The notes under the pieces: generated by a model
The model's input: the letters and a program-made list of their open reading frames with translations, nothing else
The model's database searches: none
What the model was told of the DNA's origin: nothing
Translations under genes and position numbers: made by a program
Source of the DNA: an uncultured Tessaracoccus sp.
GTDB taxonomy: Bacteria; Actinomycetota; Actinomycetes; Propionibacteriales; Propionibacteriaceae
Assembly: GCA_965364045.1 (NCBI GenBank)
Contig: CBDTVQ010000001.1
Span: forward strand, 1 to 35,166
DNA length: 35,166 nt
Reading direction: 5' to 3'
Shown: one piece after another, positions 27,402 to 35,166 of the stretch
Layout: each line of letters begins with the position of its first letter
How positions within the stretch are numbered: the stretch's first letter is position 1

Positions 27402-28415
27402 TCAGTTGACCTCTTGGATTTTCGACGTGAGCTCTGGCGCCCAGTCGTTTTCGCTGAGAAGCTTCTCCGTGAGAGGAGCGATAAGATCGATCATCTTTTC
27501 ACGGTCGGCGTCCGTCATGGGCGTGACGGTGACCCCATTCTCCTCAAGAAATTCTCGGTCGGTGTCGACACTTGAAAGATAGTTGTCCCACGCCTCGGCG
27601 ACTGTGGCGTCGGCAGCGTCGCGTACGATCTTCTGGTTCTCCTCGCTGAGGCTGTCCATGAACGGCGCGCTCACGATGAGCTCGAGTGTGGCGATGATGT
27701 GGTTCGTCTCGTAGACGTAATCCTGCACCTCGTAGAACGCTTCACTGATGATCGTGACCATGCCGTTGTCCTGGCCGTCAACGACACCCGTCTCGAGCGC
27801 GGTGAACAACTCACCGAGCGGAATCACCTGCGGGTTCGCACCGACGGCCTCCACGATGCCGATGTGGATCGGGTTGCCCGGCATCCGGAACTTCTGTCCG
27901 GCGAAGTCATCGACCGACTCCAGCGGCTTCGAGCTCGAGAACGTCCGGGCGCTGTTCGGACCCCAGCCGAGGAGGTAGGTCGTGGGGAACTGCTCATTGA
28001 ACTGCTCGCTCATGTCCTTGGCAATATCACCAGTCCACACGTTCTTGGCGTGCTCAAGGTCGCGGTAGAGGAACGGCCAGTCGGAGATGAGCATCTTCGG
28101 GTACTCCTCGTTCATCGGCGTACCGACGACGACGGCTTCGAGGGTGCCGTTGCGGACGCCATCCCAAAGATCAGACTCATTGCCCAGGGTGCCTGAGTGG
28201 TGAACTTCGACAGTCAGCGCACCATCGGAGGCTTCTTCGATCTGAGTCTTGAAGACCTCGTCGAGTGCCGCGGCCATGGGGTGGCTCGCAGACCAGTTGT
28301 CCGCCACGCGGATGGTGGTGGTCCCACCGTCGGACGGTTCACCGTTGTCCGAGCCGCACGCGGCCAACCCGACCGCCATGAGGGCGGTTGTCAGAATGGC
28401 AAGTGGTCGTTTCAT
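27402..28415 (-). CDS. TRAP transporter substrate-binding lipoprotein (DctP)
   Basis: Lipobox LAAC, PFLYRD.EH, GQKFRMP (carboxylate-binding Arg), ELFTALETGVVDGQDN, EVQDY..ETNH. AAGGAG RBS before ATG 28415. Confidence 0.94.
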   Translation of the reverse strand: MKRPLAILTTALMAVGLAACGSDNGEPSDGGTTTIRVADNWSASHPMAAALDEVFKTQIEEASDGALTVEVHHSGTLGNESDLWDGVRNGTLEAVVVGTPMNEEYPKMLISDWPFLYRDLEHAKNVWTGDIAKDMSEQFNEQFPTTYLLGWGPNSARTFSSSKPLESVDDFAGQKFRMPGNPIHIGIVEAVGANPQVIPLGELFTALETGVVDGQDNGMVTIISEAFYEVQDYVYETNHIIATLELIVSAPFMDSLSEENQKIVRDAADATVAEAWDNYLSSVDTDREFLEENGVTVTPMTDADREKMIDLIAPLTEKLLSENDWAPELTSKIQEVN

Positions 28416-28516
28416 AGTTACTCCTTTGTTGATGTGCATGGTGTTCTCAGTTGTAGATAAATTGGGGGCTCAAACCGTCTTCGGTCAACAGGACCGCTGT
28501 CACACGGCGGCGTTGG

Positions 28517-29557
28517 TCATCCAGCCAAGTGGAGCATCACCTTGCTCGAGCCGGTGGATCGATCGGCGGCCACGGCGAAAGCCTCGATGGCTTCGTCGAT
28601 GGTGAAGTCGTGGGTGAGGATCGGTTCGACGTTCAGCCCATCAGATAGGAGCTGGACGGCCTCGGTCATCTCGTCGACAAAACGGAACGAGCCTCCCCAG
28701 AGGATTTCCCGGGTCACCAGATCTCCCAGGACGGCCGACACATCAGCTACTGGGAGATTGCCGACCTGAACGACGGCACCCCCACGCGCCGTCGCACGCA
28801 GAACGGGACCCAACGCCCCCGGCGCACCGGAAGCCTCGATGACAATCTCGTATTCCCGTGAGAACGGGGCAGAAGTGACATCCACTGTCTCATCGGCACC
28901 CACTTGCGTAGCAATCGCCAACGCGGCCGGCGAGACGTCCGCAGCCGTCACTGATGCAGCTCCCAGGTGCTTGGCTGCTGCGACGACAAGCAGACCGATC
29001 GGGCCGGACCCGTTGACAAGAATCTCTCGACCCACGACTCCACCCGGCACAAGGTCTGCGGCTCTTCGGACGGCGTGGAGCGCGACAGCAAGGGGTTCAA
29101 CGACCGCGCCGAGACGCGTGTTGACACCGTCGGGCAGAACAATGAGTTGGTCAGCCCGGAGTACCTTGAGCGAAACGAATCCGCCGTCGGTGTGTGGGTC
29201 CAGCGCGGCGGATCCGAAGTAGCGCACCGAGGGGTACAGGTTGGTGCGGCCAGCGAGGCGCTCGGGCATCGCACCGTCACCGACAAGGGTTGGAGGGTAG
29301 GCCGCGACGGCCTGGCCCACGAGTGCTTCGTCGACGTCACCACCCACTGCGACGACGCGGCCAGCGAACTCATGCCCAAGCACCATGGGGTGTTTGAGCA
29401 CCGCGGTGCCCGATATCCCACGTGCGACGTAAGCCAAATCTGACCCGCAGACGCCACCCCATTCGACGGCAAGAAGAACCTCCCCCGGGCCGGGCGTCGG
29501 TTCGGGCAGGTCGTCGATCCGAAGATCTCCTACCCCGTGGACGACTACTGCCTTCAT
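28517..29557 (-). CDS. Zn-dependent sugar-acid dehydrogenase (L-idonate 5-dehydrogenase-like, MDR family)
   Basis: GVCGSD, LGHE, RYFGSAA..PHTDGGF, EPLAVALHA, GSGPIG, VTREI...GSFRF. GGAGG RBS before ATG 29557. Confidence 0.87.
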   Translation of the reverse strand: MKAVVVHGVGDLRIDDLPEPTPGPGEVLLAVEWGGVCGSDLAYVARGISGTAVLKHPMVLGHEFAGRVVAVGGDVDEALVGQAVAAYPPTLVGDGAMPERLAGRTNLYPSVRYFGSAALDPHTDGGFVSLKVLRADQLIVLPDGVNTRLGAVVEPLAVALHAVRRAADLVPGGVVGREILVNGSGPIGLLVVAAAKHLGAASVTAADVSPAALAIATQVGADETVDVTSAPFSREYEIVIEASGAPGALGPVLRATARGGAVVQVGNLPVADVSAVLGDLVTREILWGGSFRFVDEMTEAVQLLSDGLNVEPILTHDFTIDEAIEAFAVAADRSTGSSKVMLHLAG

Positions 29558-29674
29558 CGCTTCCTCCATCTCGTCTGCACGAAAATCGCGGAAGAACGTT
29601 CTATGGACGACATCGTATGCAGCTCCCTTCGCCTCGTTGCGCAGTTGCCGGATTCTCAGAAAGATCGCCCGACA

Positions 29675-29700
29675 ACTTGTATGGTCTACTGGTATACAAG
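29675..29700. promoter_or_regulatory. Probable GntR/FadR-family operator in the divergent promoter
   Basis: Near-palindrome CTGGTATACAAG (29689-29700) plus a second half-site ACTTGTAT (29675-29682); the tNGTat-ACNa shape is typical of FadR-subfamily boxes. Confidence 0.6.
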
Positions 29701-29765
29701 CATTGCATGGAAGCAAAAGTCAATAGCAGTAGGATGGACCTTTGCACCAGGCCAAGGAGGGCACC

Positions 29766-30494
29766 ATGACGTTACGGACCGTGAGGGTAGGGCGGCGTGA
29801 GGTCTATGAGCACTTGCGGTCTCGCATCATTCGGCTTGAACTACCACCCGGAACGGCAGTCTCTGAAAAAGAGGTCGGTCTCACTCTCGGGGTCTCGAGA
29901 ACCCCAGTCCGCGAGGCCTTGCTCCTTCTTGCCAGCGAGGGACTCGTCGAGGTCATACCGCAGGTGGGCACCTTCGTCTCACGCGTCGATCCTCGCCGGG
30001 TGGCCGAGGCTCAGTTCCTGCGCGAGGCGGTGGAGTTGGCGTCACTACGATCGTTGAAACCTCCATTCGACCCCAAAATCCTCGCAGCGCTGCGGAAGAA
30101 CCTCGACAACCAGCAACGGACCACCGATGACCTCAGCGCTTTTTTTGAGCTCGACGAAGCGTTCCACAAGGGCCTCATGACCCTCGCTGACCACGGAACC
30201 TCCTGGGAGATCGTGGTTGCCGCGAAGGGGCACCTCGACCGGGCACGCCTGCTCGGCTACCAACAGGAGCCATCAACGCGCAGGTTCGTCGACGAACACC
30301 TCGCCATCTTTGAGGCCGTGTGCTCCGAGGACTTGGAGGGCGCTGAGGACTTTCTCCGTAGCCATGTGCGCGTCATATTCGAGGACATCCAGTCCGTCCA
30401 GCGCACATCCCCGGAGTTGTTCGTCATCGACCCCGACGCACGTCCGGTACGCAAATCCGTCATCGTGTGGGAGGCCGCAGCCGCCAGCCCATGA
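29766..30494 (+). CDS. GntR/FadR-family regulator (RspR/YdfH-like)
   Basis: LPPG..VSEKE....LGVSRTPVREAL..L..EGLV...PQVGTFVS, REAVE, LDEAFH FCD domain; AAGGAGG RBS. Confidence 0.93.
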   Translation: MTLRTVRVGRREVYEHLRSRIIRLELPPGTAVSEKEVGLTLGVSRTPVREALLLLASEGLVEVIPQVGTFVSRVDPRRVAEAQFLREAVELASLRSLKPPFDPKILAALRKNLDNQQRTTDDLSAFFELDEAFHKGLMTLADHGTSWEIVVAAKGHLDRARLLGYQQEPSTRRFVDEHLAIFEAVCSEDLEGAEDFLRSHVRVIFEDIQSVQRTSPELFVIDPDARPVRKSVIVWEAAAASP

Positions 30495-30535
30495 TCTGAA
30501 TCCGACCCAATCCACTAGAGAGCCAGAGGGACTCC

Positions 30536-31744
30536 GTGAGCACAATCGAGAAGGCCGAGGTACTTGTCTCCTCGCCGGGGCGGAACTACGTCACGTTACG
30601 CATCACCACGTCAGACGGGGTCACAGGTCTGGGCGACGCCACGCTCAACGGACGCGAGTTGGCAGTCGCCTCCTACTTGCGGGACCACGTGGTCCCGCTG
30701 CTGATCGGTCGCGACCCGTCGCGCATCGAGGACACCTGGCAGTACCTCTACAGGGGAGGATATTGGCGTCGCGGCCCGGTGACCATGACCGCGATCGCTG
30801 CCGTGGATGTCGCGCTGTGGGACATCAAAGGCAAAGTCGCCGGGCTTCCTGTCTACCAATTGTTGGGTGGTCGATCCCGGGATGCGGTGATGGTCTACGG
30901 TCACGCCAGCGGTGTCGACGTTGAAGAACTCCTGAACGACATCGCCCGCTTTCAGGATGCTGGCTACCAAGCCATTCGCGCGCAGACGGGTGTGCCCGGC
31001 CTCGCCGGCAGCTACGGGGTGCGGAAAGGGTCTGTCTACGAACCCGCAGCCACTTCGCTCCCCGCTGAACAGTCGTGGTCAACGGAGCGGTATCTCAGCT
31101 TCGCTCCTGACTACCTTCGCCAGGTGCGCGAGCGCTTCGGGTTCAACTTCCACCTCCTTCATGACATTCACCATCGCCTCACCCCAATCGAGGCAGCTCG
31201 CTTTGGCAAGGAAGTCGAAGAAGTTCGTCTGTTCTGGATGGAAGACCCCACGCCAGCAGAAAACCAGGAAAGCTTCCGTCTCATTCGTCAGCACACCACC
31301 ACACCGATCGCTGTTGGAGAGGTTCTCAACAGCATCTGGGATGTCCAGCAGCTCATCACGGAGCAACTCATCGACTACGTACGTACTTCAGTGTCGCACT
31401 CCGGAGGCATCACCCACCTGCGTCGCATCCTCGATCTGGCGGCGCTCTACCAGGTCCGCAGTGGCTCCCACGGTCCCACCGACCTCTCACCGGTTTCGCT
31501 CTCCGCAGCGACGAACATTGACGTTTCCATCCCCAACTTTGGAATACAGGAGTACATGGCATTTGCCCCAGAGACCCTGAATGTATTTCAGGGCGGGCCC
31601 ACCTTCCGGGATGGGGCGCTGTACGTATCCGAGGAACCCGGCCTCGGCGTTTTCTACGACGACAGAGCCGCCGCACGCTACCCCTATGATCCCAAGTATC
31701 TGCCGGTGGCTCGTCGCTTGGACGGGTCTGTGCACGACTGGTGA
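30536..31744 (+). CDS. manD: D-mannonate dehydratase subgroup enzyme (ManD/RspA, enolase superfamily)
   Basis: [85 protein letters not shown]. Confidence 0.93.
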   Translation: MSTIEKAEVLVSSPGRNYVTLRITTSDGVTGLGDATLNGRELAVASYLRDHVVPLLIGRDPSRIEDTWQYLYRGGYWRRGPVTMTAIAAVDVALWDIKGKVAGLPVYQLLGGRSRDAVMVYGHASGVDVEELLNDIARFQDAGYQAIRAQTGVPGLAGSYGVRKGSVYEPAATSLPAEQSWSTERYLSFAPDYLRQVRERFGFNFHLLHDIHHRLTPIEAARFGKEVEEVRLFWMEDPTPAENQESFRLIRQHTTTPIAVGEVLNSIWDVQQLITEQLIDYVRTSVSHSGGITHLRRILDLAALYQVRSGSHGPTDLSPVSLSAATNIDVSIPNFGIQEYMAFAPETLNVFQGGPTFRDGALYVSEEPGLGVFYDDRAAARYPYDPKYLPVARRLDGSVHDW

Positions 31745-31750
31745 TGATTG

Positions 31751-31830
31751 CTTGTCATAACCCGACAACTTTCTATGCGTCTGGTTGTGCAATTGCGACC
31801 GACGCCACTCCGGCGCCGCGCATCAGCTTC
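31751..31830. repeat. Right boundary repeat of the sugar-acid module
   Basis: cttgtcataacccgacaacttt (31751-31772) matches 25409-25430 at 18/22; ccgcgcatcagcttc (31816-31830) is identical to 25447-25461. Confidence 0.7.
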
Positions 31831-31862
31831 CACACCTTCAACAGGGGGGATACCGTAGGCCC

Positions 31863-32639
31863 ATGGCCACAGCTATGATCACCGGCGGCACTTCCGGCAT
31901 TGGACTCGCGTTCGCCCAAGAACTGGCCGGACGCGGTACAGATCTGGTGCTGGTTGCGCGCGACGCACAGCGGCTCGGCGAGATCTCCGAAATGCTGAAG
32001 TCCACCCACGGCGTCACCGTCGAGACCTTCCCTGCAGATCTCTCCGATCGTGCCGGGATGGACAGCGTCGCCAAGCGGATCGAGTCTGAAGACTCCCCCA
32101 TAGACATGCTGATCAACAACGCCGGCTTCGGACTGCACTCCACAGTCCTCGATCCGGCCGACATCGACACTCACGCCAAGGCCCTCGACGTCATGTGCCT
32201 CGCGCTCCTGGTGCTGGGCGGCGCCGCTGGCCGCGTCATGCGCGAGCGTGGTCGCGGACAGATCATCAACGTCGCATCCTCCTCCTCCACCATCTTCACG
32301 GGAAACTACTCGGCAGTGAAGGCATGGGCGCGCACGTACTCCATGAGCCTCGCCCTCGAACTCCGGGGCAGCGGCGTGACCGTCACGGCTCTGCTACCCG
32401 GCTGGGTCCGGACCGAGTTCCATGAGCGCGCCGGAATCACGGCCACGAACCTCCCCGATGTTGTGTGGATCGATCCCGACGTCCTGGTCCGCGAGTGCCT
32501 CGCTGATGTGGACAAGGGCAAGCTGGAGTCTGTCCCCACGCTCAAGTGGAAAGCCGCCATGCTTCTCGCCGACCACGGCCCCAAGTGGTTCGTGCGCTGG
32601 TTCTCCATCAAGCTCACCAACAGTCGCAAGAAGCGCTGA
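31863..32639 (+). CDS. Classical short-chain dehydrogenase/reductase
   Basis: TGGTSGIG, LVARD, NNAG, YSAVK (YxxxK), PGWVRTEF. TACCGT 6 nt before ATG 31863 (leaderless). Confidence 0.92.
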   Translation: MATAMITGGTSGIGLAFAQELAGRGTDLVLVARDAQRLGEISEMLKSTHGVTVETFPADLSDRAGMDSVAKRIESEDSPIDMLINNAGFGLHSTVLDPADIDTHAKALDVMCLALLVLGGAAGRVMRERGRGQIINVASSSSTIFTGNYSAVKAWARTYSMSLALELRGSGVTVTALLPGWVRTEFHERAGITATNLPDVVWIDPDVLVRECLADVDKGKLESVPTLKWKAAMLLADHGPKWFVRWFSIKLTNSRKKR

Positions 32640-32651
32640 GGCCCCCGCACC

Positions 32652-33488
32652 GTGGCCAGAGACAAGGGTCTGAACAAGGACGAGCGGGAACGATACTCGT
32701 CCAGGGTCGGGGCGACGACACGCCAGGCAGCGCAGATGCTTCTGTTGAAGCCCTACCTGTGGCGGTTGTTGCGCGTGCACGTTCACGGTGCCGCCAATGT
32801 GGAGGCTCTCGAAGGGCCGTTCGTCGTATTTTCCAACCACTCGTCCCACCTCGACGCCCCATTGGTTCTGGGTGCACTCCCACACCGGTTGTCCCGCTAC
32901 GTCGCAACAGGTGCAGCCGCCGACACGTTCTACGACAAGTGGTGGAAGACGGGCCCGATGTCGCTGTTCTTCAACAGCTTCCCCGTTGACCGGGGCAAGG
33001 AAAGAGGCGATTCGAAGGCGCCCGGACGAACCCAGAAGCGGGGCATGTCCGCCGCGCTGCTCGCTGACGGCATCCCCCTCCTCATCTTCCCCGAGGGCAC
33101 ACGTTCACGGACCGGCGCGATGGCGCCGTTCAAGCCGGGGGTTGCCGCGTTGTGCATCTCCCGAGATGCTCCGGCGCTGCCCGTGGCACTGGTCGGCGCC
33201 TACTCCGCCTGGCCGTCGCAACAGAAACACCTGCCCCGGGGGCGCCCCCAGGTGCATGTGGTCATCGGACGCCCGATGCATCCACTGCCCGGGGAGATCG
33301 CCCACGAATTCAGTGAGCGGATGCGCCGACAGGTGCTGGAACTGCACGATTCGACGGCCCGCGCCTACGGGGCGAAAACCCTGGCCGAGTACGCCCGCGT
33401 TGTGGCAATCGAAAAGTCAACGAAAGACGAGATCACCGCGCTGGCAGAGGATGCCAGGCAACGTGCGAACAAGCAGGAGGATCGATGA
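32652..33488 (+). CDS. Glycerolipid acyltransferase (PlsC/LPLAT family)
   Basis: Block I NHSSHLD (HxxxxD), FPVDR, block III FPEGTRS, LPVAL. Confidence 0.92.
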   Translation: MARDKGLNKDERERYSSRVGATTRQAAQMLLLKPYLWRLLRVHVHGAANVEALEGPFVVFSNHSSHLDAPLVLGALPHRLSRYVATGAAADTFYDKWWKTGPMSLFFNSFPVDRGKERGDSKAPGRTQKRGMSAALLADGIPLLIFPEGTRSRTGAMAPFKPGVAALCISRDAPALPVALVGAYSAWPSQQKHLPRGRPQVHVVIGRPMHPLPGEIAHEFSERMRRQVLELHDSTARAYGAKTLAEYARVVAIEKSTKDEITALAEDARQRANKQEDR

Positions 33489-35166
33489 TCGACGGTGTGA
33501 AGCAGCAGAAGTGGTGGGGCTGGGGCGAGGAAGGCAAGGCCTACAGCCATCACGACAAGCCCAAGTTCGCGCCGTTCGTGAAGAAGATCGTCGGGGTGGA
33601 CATCAACCACTCCAAGACCTCCGTGCCTCCCTTCTCGTCGCTGGACGTGCCCGCCACACAACTCACTGACGAACTGCGCGCCACGCTGGAGCGCATCGTC
33701 GGTGCTGAGTACGCACAGACTGATGATGAGACCCGCGTCGTCCACGCCTTCGGCAAGGGTGTTCGTGACCTCGTGCGCGTCCGTCGCGGCGAACTCGGCC
33801 GCGTTCCTGACGTCGTGGTGTACCCCGCGGATGAGGACCAGGTTGTCGCCCTGGTCAACGCCGCCGTCGAGCATGACTTCGTGCTAATCCCCTTTGGCGG
33901 TGGTTCCAACATCGTCGCCGCCACTGAAGCGGTGCCCGGCGAGAGCCGCAACGTGGTCATCGTGAACCTGGGCCGCATGAGGAGTCTCGTCGAGATCGAC
34001 GAAACCTCCGGTATCGCCCGCATCCAGGCCGGAGCGTTCGGCCCGGACATGGAGGAGCAACTCCGTGCACGCGGATGGACGATGGGTCATCAGCCGGACT
34101 CGTTCGTGTGGTCGACGCTCGGTGGCTGGATCGCCAGCCGCAGCTCCGGCATGCAGTCCGACAAGTACGGCGACATCTCCGACATCGTCCGCGGCCTGCG
34201 CATGGTGATGCCCGGCCAGACGCTGGTGCTACGCCCGCTGCCGTCCACGTCCTCGGGTCCCAGCGTCCGCGAAATGGTGCTCGGCTCGGAGGGTCGCCTC
34301 GGCGTCATCACCGAGGCATGGGTGCAGGTGCACCGCATCCCAGAGGAGCGCGAACTACAAGCGTACTTCTTCGCCAGCTACGCAGACGGACTGAAGGCCT
34401 GCGAACAGATTGCCGCCTCCGATGCCAATGTGATGCTGGCGCGTATCTCCGATCCGCTGGAGACGCAGTACATCATGGCCAACGGCAAGAAGTCGGGCCG
34501 CATGGGCAAGCTGGCCAGCAAGACCATTCAGACGATGATGGTGCGCAAGGGCTGGGATCTGGAAAAGATCTGCATGTCCTTCGTGGGGTTTGAGGGCAGC
34601 GCCAACCATGTGCGCTACCACAAGGGGCTCGTTACCAAAATCATCAAGGCCAACAACGGCATGGGTGTGGGCAAGGGCCCGGGCGCGCTGTACGACCAGA
34701 AGAAGTACGACACCCCCTACATCCGCGACTTCATGCTGGACCATGGCCTCGTCGCCGACGTCTCCGAAACTGCGACGCCGTGGGCCTACACCGAGCAGAT
34801 CCACACGAACACCGTCGCCGCCGCCCACAAAGCACTCGAGGAGCGGGGAGTTCGAGGCGTCGTGTTCTGCCACCTGAGCCACTCGTACCATTCGGGCGCG
34901 TGCCAGTACTTCACGTTCGCCATCGCGGATGACTCCGAGGAGAACCTGGTCACCTACGACCACGTGAAGCGGGCCATCCAGCAGTCGTTCATGGACAACC
35001 ACGGCACCGTCTCCCACCACCACGGTGTGGGCGAGGAACACAGCCCATGGCTGGACCAGGACATCTCACCAGCCGGCGTCCACATGCAGCGCAAACTCTT
35101 CGAAGGAATCGATCCGGGCAGCAACTTCAACCCCGGCAAGATCATCCACGACGGCAAGCCGGGCAT
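33485..35166 (+). CDS. Alkyl-dihydroxyacetone-phosphate synthase-like FAD-linked enzyme (3' end just beyond the window; absent from the ORF track)
   Basis: Hand translation from ATG 33485 (ATGA overlap, AGGAGG RBS), in frame to the window end: KWWGWG, PDVVVYP, IPFGGGSNI, GHQPDSF.WSTLGGWIASRSSGMQSDKYGDI, GSEGRLGVIT, PYIRDF, ET, CHLSHSY..GACQYFTF, SHHHGVG (His triad 35015-35023), DP...FNPGK. Confidence 0.9.
   Translation, partial: MIDGVKQQKWWGWGEEGKAYSHHDKPKFAPFVKKIVGVDINHSKTSVPPFSSLDVPATQLTDELRATLERIVGAEYAQTDDETRVVHAFGKGVRDLVRVRRGELGRVPDVVVYPADEDQVVALVNAAVEHDFVLIPFGGGSNIVAATEAVPGESRNVVIVNLGRMRSLVEIDETSGIARIQAGAFGPDMEEQLRARGWTMGHQPDSFVWSTLGGWIASRSSGMQSDKYGDISDIVRGLRMVMPGQTLVLRPLPSTSSGPSVREMVLGSEGRLGVITEAWVQVHRIPEERELQAYFFASYADGLKACEQIAASDANVMLARISDPLETQYIMANGKKSGRMGKLASKTIQTMMVRKGWDLEKICMSFVGFEGSANHVRYHKGLVTKIIKANNGMGVGKGPGALYDQKKYDTPYIRDFMLDHGLVADVSETATPWAYTEQIHTNTVAAAHKALEERGVRGVVFCHLSHSYHSGACQYFTFAIADDSEENLVTYDHVKRAIQQSFMDNHGTVSHHHGVGEEHSPWLDQDISPAGVHMQRKLFEGIDPGSNFNPGKIIHDGKPG

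Noticed and set aside
31750..31777. dif/Xer site (gcttgtcataa resembles a XerD arm)
   Set aside because: No matching XerC arm at 6-nt spacing, and the rplI neighbourhood is normally origin-proximal in actinobacteria.
31863..32639. SDR as the missing 5-ketogluconate/fructuronate reductase of the sugar-acid module
   Set aside because: It lies outside the boundary repeats, has its own promoter, is tightly linked to the lipid genes, and lacks the IdnO-like C-terminal region; not strictly excluded.
33365..35166. Short ORFs listed by the track in the last 1.8 kb
   Set aside because: All overlap the continuous AGPS-like frame starting at 33485, which the track missed because no stop codon falls in the window.

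Overview
High-GC actinobacterial chromosomal segment, most likely Propionibacteriaceae (Tessaracoccus/Arachnia-like; inferred from the S18/L9 sequences and gene content). It holds about 35 CDSs and no recognisable rRNA, tRNA, CRISPR array, transposase or integrase. In order: an MpaB/DUF2236 oxygenase, an NAD(P)-binding oxidoreductase, a small Cys-rich protein and a lipoprotein; the rpsF-ssb-rpsR-rplI operon with an S6:S18 leader RNA; SGNH hydrolase, rhodanese, a membrane protein and an acyl-CoA ligase; a tiny acidic repeat protein; a GPH symporter plus GH13 glucosidase; MarR plus a DHA2 efflux pump; an amino-acid ABC importer; a YcaQ-type glycosylase divergent from endonuclease IV; a 2-hydroxyacid dehydrogenase; aspA divergent from pta-ackA; a sugar-acid module (TRAP, Zn dehydrogenase, GntR, ManD/RspA) bracketed by direct repeats; and an SDR - acyltransferase - alkyl-DHAP-synthase-like operon. 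The last gene of that operon runs off the window end and is missing from the ORF track. The two strongest leads are (1) this operon as a candidate peroxisome-type ether-lipid pathway in an actinobacterium and (2) the repeat-bounded ~6.4 kb sugar-acid cassette with no mobility gene. All family calls come from motif recognition and no searches were run.
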